Positions 39,924-47,422 of a DNA stretch of 64,000 nt are shown piece by piece. The notes under the pieces are model-generated. The model saw nothing but the letters and a program-made list of their open reading frames with translations. It was not told where the DNA came from and did no database searches. Source of the DNA: an uncultured Clostridia bacterium (lineage in GTDB: Bacteria; Bacillota; Clostridia; Christensenellales; CAG-917). Numbering within the stretch: the stretch's first letter is position 1; each line of letters begins with the position of its first letter. A program made the translations under genes and the position numbers. The stretch is from contig CAUUJG010000001.1 in the NCBI GenBank assembly GCA_963545485.1, positions 35,919-99,918 on the forward strand, written 5' to 3'.

Positions 39924-42900
39924 ATGAATAGAAAAAAGTGGGTATATGCAGTTTTATGTATAGTGTTAGTTTGTTTGAGTTTTGCGGGATGTACAATTAT
40001 CCCGCAAAACTCAACTCCTAATCAGGTGTTGAAAAAATATTACGGAAATCAAAAATATACAATTCGTTTTAACACAGAAGATCTAGAAGATAAGCTTTCC
40101 CCACTTACTTATACAGCATCAAGGACACCTAAGTTACCAACTGTATCAAAAGCTGGATATGTGTTTGCAGGTTGGTACTATGACAGAGAACTGAAAGAAG
40201 AATGTAATGATAGTAACTTGAAGTTAAAAATGTGCGATGTTGTACTGTATCCAAAATGGTTAAAACAGGAACTGAGAGATAACGGTATTTATAAAATTGA
40301 GTTCGATGTTGTTCGATCAAAAGAGGATCCTGTCACAAAAGAGGAACTTACAGATGAGTACCCACCAAAAGAATTTTCAGAAAGTATAATTAAGGGAAAT
40401 ACTGTAATTGAAAAAAATGGGCAACAGAAGATTCTAAAAATAGGATATGACTGTGGTACAACAGTTCCATTTGGATCAAAAGATCCATATACTGTCGAAC
40501 TTACAAAAGATAAAAATCCGAAAGAGATGCGGATAGTGAAGAGGACTGAAAACGCCTCAGAATCAAAGAAAGAAGTATATATAGATATCTCAGAATATGA
40601 AGATTATGACAAACCTATATATCTTTCTGTTACTGCAATAAATTATCTCACTCCAGGCATGTCGAGTGACGATAGAATTAAAACCACCACAACATATGTT
40701 GTTAAATTTAAAATAAAAGTCATTAAAGGACTTGAAAAAGAATATTCAAAAATAAAAAATGGCAAATTACATGATGGTCATTATCTTGTTAGAACCTTTT
40801 ATAGGCAGATGGATAATTCATCAACAATGATGTCGTATTTTAATCCAGTATATGGGTATCTCATTGCAAAAGATGGACACTATAAATATGTTAAAGAGGT
40901 TAATCCATATTATGGATTGTTTGCAAATGAAGCGGATTTGGCAGAACCAAAAAATCAAAATTTCTTTAATCGGGCAACAACATTTGCGAATTTTTATGCG
41001 GCTTACACAATTGATTTCAATGCGAATGAACCGATGAATACAGAAGAACATCCTAATAAGATTGAAAGCAAGTATTATCCAGAAAAATATAATGGTGGGA
41101 AATTTATAGAATATTCTTTAGAGTATGATAGTCAATCAAACAAGATGTGGCAGGTTTTTGATCTTGGGCAGTCATTGGGGAAGCATTTTGCAGCTGTTGG
41201 AGCTGTAACAGGTTTTATGGAACTTGTTATGCACATGGGTCGTTTGGAACAGATAATGACAATAGATTATGACAACATAGTTGCAGTTGCTCCAGAATAT
41301 AAATCACTTGAAGGAGATGCATATACTTTTAGAAGAGAAACTTCACATTATGCTGGCAACGATACAAGTGTATTAAATCAAAGTATAGCTAAATCTAAAC
41401 TTGAAGAATGTGGAACAGCGTCAGAGTATCTTAATTTTTTATTTTCAAATAAAAAATATTTTTCTAATAAAGAATTGGAAACAAATAAAAATATTAGAGG
41501 TGACATACCGAGCTTTAGGGTTACAACACGAGGTATGACCGATGATGAAATGAAAAGCCAATATACAAAAATGCAAATGATAGATACTCAGTATGAGGTA
41601 TTTGGGTTTGATAAAGATCAATATTTATATGGTGATTTTATGTCAACTCAAACATTTGGTTCACAAGGAAGACGAACAATAGAACCAGTTATGAGCGGAA
41701 TGATGCTTAACCCTGGAGATGTATCCAGTATTAAAGAAATTTTCAAATCCAAAGTAGATAAAAATCAATCAATTGATTCTGTAAATGTTAAAGCTTATAA
41801 AGCAAAATATTATGAGACAGATTATAGTCAAGAAATATCATTAAGTGGAGATTCGTATACTTATGCGGAGCCAGTTGATCTGATTTATGAATATGTAAAG
41901 AACGGGTATAAGAGAATTGCTAAAGTTAGGTTAAGGACATATGAAGAGCCTGATTTCAATCTAAATGCCAGACCGGAAGATAATTTTTCTGAAACACATG
42001 AATATATGCCAGGGGAAACATATAGTATACCAACTAAAATGACAGCTATGTGGGGTGGCTATACTAATACGTATGTAGCAAAATTTTATGGTGGAAATAA
42101 TGTTAATCCTAATGCGAATAAGCTTTCATACAATTTAACATTACTTTCTCGATATGAAGAAAAGAATGGGAAAATGCGTCATGAAGAAAATATAGTGGAA
42201 GAATATGAAAAACTTAAAATTTCTGGTGGCATTGAAAGTGTTGTTTGGGTTGCTGAAATAAGGAATATTTTTGGAGAAAAAAAATATAAAGAAATTAAAT
42301 TACAAGTAAAGCCTACGCCACGCTATATTATTAAAAATTCTAATGGTGAAGAAGTTGTAAATAAAGCATCAAGCCTTAGAGATGGTGAAATTAAAAGTGA
42401 ACATACAGAGCTTTATTATATAGCCAAGACTGAAGAAGATCTAAAAAAGTTTATTAAAGAAATTTATACATACCAAGTCGCACATAAAAGTGGAACATTT
42501 AGACTTGAAAGTTACAGGACGAGTACTGGAAGTTTTGCAAAAGATTTATGGAAGATGAATATAGAAGATGTTTTTAATGAGATTAATGGATTAGTTAAAG
42601 ATGGAGCAGGGCTAACTTTGTGGTATAGTAGCGGATCGGAAACTATTATGGTTAAAATAGTCGCATTTGTTACTTTCAACGGCGAACCGGATGTTAAGGT
42701 TTCCAGTCATAAGGCATTATTTACAAATCAAAAATATAAATTAGAATTTGCAAAAATTAAAAATAAAAATGGTGAAAGAATAACTACAAAAACAACAATG
42801 CAAGTATATTACATGAATGGTGGCACATATAGTAGTGATAAGGCACATTTTGAATATAATGATATAACCGGAGAGATAATATTCAAGCAAGCTGGAAAAT

Positions 42901-43853
42901 ATTATTTTATATACTATTTTTCTGGAAAGAATTTCTTTTTTTCAAAAAGTTTTACATATGAAGTATATAGACATGATATAGATGTAACTGTCAGGTACAC
43001 AACCGATGCTGCTCATCCATTTAAAGATGGAACAACAGAAAAAGAGATCACGCACAGTTTGAAAGATCATTTACTCTTGATGCAAGCTCAAGATTATGCA
43101 GACAGTATACCTAAAGATAGCAAACTTTTAGGCTATACAACTGATAGTGAAGAAGATACTAGCACAATTGGTGATGGTGAGAAGGAAATTACAAACTTTA
43201 TACATAGGTTCCATAGTAGAGAAGTCACACTACATGCAGTTTGGGATGATGGGAAACTAATTACACTTGATATGGATACAGCAAGGACAGGTGTACCAAA
43301 TTACACAAGGAGAATGTACAAATCGGGAAGCACATCGCAAGGATATTATTTTGCGAATCAAACATATGGTCATCAGTTGAATATAGAAGATATATTAAAA
43401 GATAAAACAATTTTTTCGGTAGCACAGATAAATAGTTTGAGCAAAAATTATAAATTGGTAGAACTTGAAAGTAATGTATTTCCTGGTGGAAGTATTTCTA
43501 TAGAGGGATACAGGAAAAATGTAATGTATGAATTTCAAGAAGATATAACGATTAAATTAAAATTCAGAAGGAGAATGAAGCTCGAATACAATATAGATAA
43601 AAAAGATGATGATAATGGTGATAATGTTTCTAATACATATTTTGGGAATGCTGATATTGTAGCTGGAGAAGTATTAGGAGAGGACCTTTATAAAAAAGTT
43701 GAGATTAAAGAAAAATATAAAGATAAGTATGAGTTTCTTGGATGGTATTTATTTGGTGATAGCACTGAGACATTAATAGATTTTAAGACATATGTACCTG
43801 TTGAAAATAGTAGCGGGAAACTGAAAATTGTAGCAAAAATAAAAAGAAAATAG
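39924..43853 (+). CDS. giant surface lipoprotein 2 (mostly unassigned; Flg_new-like motifs at both ends)
   Basis: Lipobox (CLSFAGC). GYVFAGWYYDRELKEE near the N-terminus and YEFLGWYLFGD near the C-terminus. 1309 aa with no other domain I can recognise. Confidence 0.85.
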   Translation: MNRKKWVYAVLCIVLVCLSFAGCTIIPQNSTPNQVLKKYYGNQKYTIRFNTEDLEDKLSPLTYTASRTPKLPTVSKAGYVFAGWYYDRELKEECNDSNLKLKMCDVVLYPKWLKQELRDNGIYKIEFDVVRSKEDPVTKEELTDEYPPKEFSESIIKGNTVIEKNGQQKILKIGYDCGTTVPFGSKDPYTVELTKDKNPKEMRIVKRTENASESKKEVYIDISEYEDYDKPIYLSVTAINYLTPGMSSDDRIKTTTTYVVKFKIKVIKGLEKEYSKIKNGKLHDGHYLVRTFYRQMDNSSTMMSYFNPVYGYLIAKDGHYKYVKEVNPYYGLFANEADLAEPKNQNFFNRATTFANFYAAYTIDFNANEPMNTEEHPNKIESKYYPEKYNGGKFIEYSLEYDSQSNKMWQVFDLGQSLGKHFAAVGAVTGFMELVMHMGRLEQIMTIDYDNIVAVAPEYKSLEGDAYTFRRETSHYAGNDTSVLNQSIAKSKLEECGTASEYLNFLFSNKKYFSNKELETNKNIRGDIPSFRVTTRGMTDDEMKSQYTKMQMIDTQYEVFGFDKDQYLYGDFMSTQTFGSQGRRTIEPVMSGMMLNPGDVSSIKEIFKSKVDKNQSIDSVNVKAYKAKYYETDYSQEISLSGDSYTYAEPVDLIYEYVKNGYKRIAKVRLRTYEEPDFNLNARPEDNFSETHEYMPGETYSIPTKMTAMWGGYTNTYVAKFYGGNNVNPNANKLSYNLTLLSRYEEKNGKMRHEENIVEEYEKLKISGGIESVVWVAEIRNIFGEKKYKEIKLQVKPTPRYIIKNSNGEEVVNKASSLRDGEIKSEHTELYYIAKTEEDLKKFIKEIYTYQVAHKSGTFRLESYRTSTGSFAKDLWKMNIEDVFNEINGLVKDGAGLTLWYSSGSETIMVKIVAFVTFNGEPDVKVSSHKALFTNQKYKLEFAKIKNKNGERITTKTTMQVYYMNGGTYSSDKAHFEYNDITGEIIFKQAGKYYFIYYFSGKNFFFSKSFTYEVYRHDIDVTVRYTTDAAHPFKDGTTEKEITHSLKDHLLLMQAQDYADSIPKDSKLLGYTTDSEEDTSTIGDGEKEITNFIHRFHSREVTLHAVWDDGKLITLDMDTARTGVPNYTRRMYKSGSTSQGYYFANQTYGHQLNIEDILKDKTIFSVAQINSLSKNYKLVELESNVFPGGSISIEGYRKNVMYEFQEDITIKLKFRRRMKLEYNIDKKDDDNGDNVSNTYFGNADIVAGEVLGEDLYKKVEIKEKYKDKYEFLGWYLFGDSTETLIDFKTYVPVENSSGKLKIVAKIKRK

Positions 43854-44125
43854 GCTAGTATAAATAAAGCGAGATATATGAGTATTAGAATAATATACTT
43901 GATATTTCGGTTTTGTTTTATGTTGCAATATAGGGATCTTTTCGAAGAATCAAATAGAAAAGATGTAGTAAATATAATCATTGGTTTGTAGAGCATCTTT
44001 GATAGTGGATTTTGGGTGGGATAGAAATAATTGAGCTGGCTAGATGTTCAGTTATTGGCAACGTGGATTCAGAATAAGATACAACATGAAAGTCAATTAA
44101 ATTTTACTAACAATGAATTGTAATA

Positions 44126-44154
44126 TTGAAGTTTAGAGTTTCCAACTTTATAAT
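44126..44154 (+). promoter_or_regulatory. promoter predicting a leaderless protease mRNA
   Basis: TTGAAG (44126-44131), 17 nt, TATAAT (44149-44154). The ATG at 44161 is only 6 nt past the -10, with no SD. Confidence 0.55.
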
Positions 44155-44160
44155 TAATCC

Positions 44161-44916
44161 ATGAATGAACTTCCTAATAATGATTTAGAAACTAATGTCA
44201 GTAGACAAAAAAGGCTTATTCTCATTAGTTTGTTCATTTCTTGTACTTTAGTCATTGTATTCATAACAGCAATAATCGGAATTACATATAATTCAAGAAG
44301 TTATATCAAGAGGATATATGATAGGTCTCTTCAAAGTGTAGTTGAAGTTAAAGCATATACAAAGGATGTCGGTGAAAGTTTCGGATCAGCAGTTCTAATG
44401 AAAGGCGACGGGACACTAGTTACGAACTCCCACGTAGTTACATATTCAAAACTGGGAGAAACAAAGGCATTTGATGAGATAAGTATTAGGTTTGCAAATA
44501 GTGAAAAATATATGTCAGTCACCTTAGTTAAATATGATGTCTTAAAAGATTTAGCAGTATTAAAAATAAAAGATAAAAGTCTGAAGAAATTGAAGGCAAT
44601 GAAGACAGGGGACATCAAAAAAGTAAAATCTGGAGATGAGGTTTTTGCTATAGGAAATTTATCTAACTATGGGATAGGAATCACAAAAGGGCATGTCAGT
44701 GTTCCAAAGATAAATATTGTAGTTGATGGAAATAAAAAAGAAGTAATTCAATGTGACATAACAATAGTATCTGGAAGTAGTGGCGGAGCATTGATTAATA
44801 GGAATGGTAAACTTATAGGAATTACAACATTTAGAACAAAGGATAACCTAGGGAATGTTATTCATGGAATAGGATATGTGATTCCGATAAACAGAGTGTT
44901 AGAGTATATAAAATAA
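44161..44916 (+). CDS. membrane-anchored trypsin-like (S1C/HtrA-type, no PDZ) serine protease
   Basis: N-terminal TM (LILISLFISCTLVIVFITAIIGI). Catalytic triad contexts TNSHVV, KDLAVLKI and GSSGGALIN. Confidence 0.88.
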   Translation: MNELPNNDLETNVSRQKRLILISLFISCTLVIVFITAIIGITYNSRSYIKRIYDRSLQSVVEVKAYTKDVGESFGSAVLMKGDGTLVTNSHVVTYSKLGETKAFDEISIRFANSEKYMSVTLVKYDVLKDLAVLKIKDKSLKKLKAMKTGDIKKVKSGDEVFAIGNLSNYGIGITKGHVSVPKINIVVDGNKKEVIQCDITIVSGSSGGALINRNGKLIGITTFRTKDNLGNVIHGIGYVIPINRVLEYIK

Positions 44917-44930
44917 AAGGAGTGTGACGG

Positions 44931-46028
44931 ATGAGGAAATTATTTAAGAATAAGTACTATCTATTAATGATTTGTGCAGTCGTGTGTTTTTCTATTGCAT
45001 TGGTATATACCCTTTCAGGGACTTTAACTGCAAAACAAAATGTAAGAGACATAAACTTGAAGTCAAAACAGGTAGATGTACAGTCTATACTTAATAAATT
45101 TAGTGATGTAGAAATGGACAAGAATAATGAAAGAATTCTGTTTGAAGGGACACAAAAGTTAGACCCTAGTTTGTTAAGAGAAATAGATAACTTAAGTGGC
45201 GAAGAAGCTAATAAATTGAAGAGTGTAGATGTTAGATATTCATTTAAGTACGATATGGTTACAAACACCGTAACATTAAAAGCAACCATGTATTTGCCAG
45301 ATGGGACAGTAAAAGTAGATACGATTACAGGAGTAGGATTTATTAATGATGCTAATGAGATAGATGCTGTGATGAATGTCGATGGCGAGGGCGTTCTACT
45401 GAGTGAGATGAGAAATGCAGGATTAATAGATAATGTAGGATGGTTCTCAAGAATAATAAAGAAGATAGCAAAAGTTGTCGCAGTAGTAGCCGTTACGGTA
45501 GCGGCGGTTGCAGTAGTGGTTGCAACTGTAGGAGCAGCGGCACCAGCAGTTGTAGCGGCAGGAATAGGTGTGGTGACGACAGTAGTTTCATCGGCAGCGG
45601 TGACAGGAGCAACGATAGCGGGGTATGCAAGTATCACAGCGGCGATTGCGGCGGGTGTGCTTCTTACAGCGGACATGATCAAGGAAGTGGATTGGGACGG
45701 AGTGACACATAAAACAGAAGAGTTAACAAGTGAACTTAGGTCAGAATTAGCTCCGAACAAGTTTTATCTAGCATTCCCATTAAAAAATGGTAAATTGTAC
45801 ATTTCTAAAATAGCACTTAGTGATTTTTCTGCAATGAGAGCAGCTCGTGCAAAGATGAGCATATATACTTTATTTGGAAATGCTTACGAAATGGCAAAAA
45901 CAGTAAACTATGGTTATCCGCCAGAACATCATTCTGCGACAATTAATGGGTACTATGACCATTATCATGCTTATAGAGCAAATAAAAAAAGTCATATTTT
46001 TTATGGTTTACCAAGGTGTTCGTATTAA
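44931..46028 (+). CDS. membrane protein with Ala/Val/Gly-rich hydrophobic core and His-rich C-terminal domain
   Basis: AGGAG SD. N-terminal TM. A stretch of about 75 aa (VVAVVAVTVAAVAVVVATVGAAAPAVVAAGIGVVTTVVSSAAVTGATIAGYASITAAIAAGVLL). The C-terminus has PPEHH...GYYDHYHAY...SHIFYG. No family assigned. Confidence 0.8.
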   Translation: MRKLFKNKYYLLMICAVVCFSIALVYTLSGTLTAKQNVRDINLKSKQVDVQSILNKFSDVEMDKNNERILFEGTQKLDPSLLREIDNLSGEEANKLKSVDVRYSFKYDMVTNTVTLKATMYLPDGTVKVDTITGVGFINDANEIDAVMNVDGEGVLLSEMRNAGLIDNVGWFSRIIKKIAKVVAVVAVTVAAVAVVVATVGAAAPAVVAAGIGVVTTVVSSAAVTGATIAGYASITAAIAAGVLLTADMIKEVDWDGVTHKTEELTSELRSELAPNKFYLAFPLKNGKLYISKIALSDFSAMRAARAKMSIYTLFGNAYEMAKTVNYGYPPEHHSATINGYYDHYHAYRANKKSHIFYGLPRCSY

Positions 46029-46029
46029 T

Positions 46030-46878
46030 ATGGTAATCATTTTTGGGAAAGAATATGACAGAGTAATAAAACAGTGGTTTCCTAATGGAATGGATTACAC
46101 TGTAGAAAATATTATTTTTTTATTTGAAAAAGAGTTTAATGCTAGGCAAATAGATATGGAAGATATTCCTAAATATATTAAAGAGTGTCGTGATTACCCA
46201 CATTACTTTCAAACTATAGAAGATTATACAGAGGATTCTATATCTTCAAGTGAAAAGTATTTAATTTTTGTGAGTGATGCGATTTCAGATAATAACTATC
46301 GTGAGGAAGAAGATAAATTATTCAATCTAATTGTTTTGAGTGTTGAGGGGGATAAAGTTATTAATTATTATTCCAACGCACATGGTGGAAATGGCGATTT
46401 TATGATGTTGATTGCTGATAAGTTTTACAAGGCAGGATTGGGAGAATTGAGTGCAGAAGAAGTTACATCGCTAAATCAAGCAAAATTTGAAATACTCAAA
46501 ATTAAAAAATTTAATAATGAATTGAATTACACATTAAGTAACTTAATAATTATTTTGAAAGAGCAGTTCAATGCGGTTGAGATAGAATTAAAAGATTTAG
46601 AAAAGTATGCGAGAGAATATTCGGCATTTTCCGATTATTATAATTGCATTGAAGATTATACTGAGGAACGAATTAAGAGTGGGCAGAAGTATGTTGTACT
46701 TATTTCTGATAATGATAATAAAGAACCAATTTTTAATGGAAGTTTTAGAATATATAATGTAATATTCATTTCTTATGAGGCTGATAAAATACTAGACATA
46801 TATCTTAATTTAAAGCAAAGTAGCAGTTTTCTTAAGCATGTAATTGAAGTGTTTGGAAATAATAAAATCAAAGAATAG
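46030..46878 (+). CDS. internally duplicated cytoplasmic protein (candidate partner/immunity protein)
   Basis: ATG 46030 lies 1 nt after the upstream stop. The track's 45910 start overlaps the previous gene by 119 nt. Two homologous halves of about 95 aa each (aa about 22-116 and 166-260). Confidence 0.75.
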   Translation: MVIIFGKEYDRVIKQWFPNGMDYTVENIIFLFEKEFNARQIDMEDIPKYIKECRDYPHYFQTIEDYTEDSISSSEKYLIFVSDAISDNNYREEEDKLFNLIVLSVEGDKVINYYSNAHGGNGDFMMLIADKFYKAGLGELSAEEVTSLNQAKFEILKIKKFNNELNYTLSNLIIILKEQFNAVEIELKDLEKYAREYSAFSDYYNCIEDYTEERIKSGQKYVVLISDNDNKEPIFNGSFRIYNVIFISYEADKILDIYLNLKQSSSFLKHVIEVFGNNKIKE

Positions 46879-47023
46879 CTGACGTGTAAAAGTATATGTA
46901 TAGGTGATTTTGAGTGATAAGGAAAGTTGTGTGATGTTGCGACTATTTAAGGAATTTTGTCTAAAAATAAAATAGACAAGTTAAACCAATGAAGTTTTGA
47001 GAATTTTCTTCTTTCCCTACATA

Positions 47024-47172
47024 ATCATTTCCTGTCATTCTAAGGTCTCTGCACTCGCCGTTGATAATTCCATCAAAAGAACTAAATCGTTAAAACTAAG
47101 GTGTGTAGGGGAGATTTTGGGGTAAATTCGATATGATCGGATAGCATGACATTGTGTTCGAGCAGATCATGG
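47024..47172. repeat. direct repeat R, copy 1 (non-coding)
   Basis: Aligns by eye with 52500-52630 through the shared blocks ATCATTT, TCATTCTA, GGTCT, CCATCAAAAGAA, AATCGT, AAAACTA, TGTGTAGGG, GGGGTAAATTC, ATATGATC, GATAG and ATCATGG. Confidence 0.7.
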
Positions 47173-47330
47173 TCAATACTATTTATGGGGTGTTGGGTTT
47201 GAGGGATTGAGTGGGTTAGATGTGTGTTTGGTGTTGAATACAATATAGTGAAGACGCTATACTACGGCATCTAGGAATAGGTGTTTTTTTATTTCCTAGA
47301 TAGATAAGTTTTTGATGCTGTCTAATAATA

Positions 47331-47378
47331 AGTTAAACAATATAAACTATTGACAATAAAAGCAGTGAGGAGTAGGAT
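47331..47378 (+). promoter_or_regulatory. promoter of the LRR lipoprotein gene with an upstream palindrome
   Basis: AGTTAAACAATATAAACT (47331-47348), TTGACA (47350-47355), 17 nt, TAGGAT (47373-47378). An AGAGG SD precedes the ATG at 47423. Confidence 0.55.
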
Positions 47379-47422
47379 ATTTTTGAAAAATGTTCATATA
47401 AATATTCATATAGAGGTACTTA

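Noticed and set aside
44957-45760. 267-aa minus-strand ORF, and a 90-aa +-strand alternative-frame ORF at 45440..45712
   Set aside because: Both lie inside the GC-rich Ala/Val/Gly-coding segment of 44931..46028. GCN/GTN-rich sequence is stop-poor in several frames. The sense gene has an SD, a signal anchor and operon context, so these are shadow ORFs.
45910-46029. Upstream ATG (45910) given by the ORF track for the duplicated-domain gene
   Set aside because: It would overlap the preceding gene by 119 nt. ATG 46030 directly follows the upstream stop, and the conserved repeat halves begin after it.
47185-47215. A tRNA-His 3' fragment next to repeat copy R1
   Set aside because: Only TGGGGTG and GGGATT..GA match. 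This is not enough to annotate a tRNA pseudogene. It is kept only as a weak supporting remark in the R1/R2 finding.
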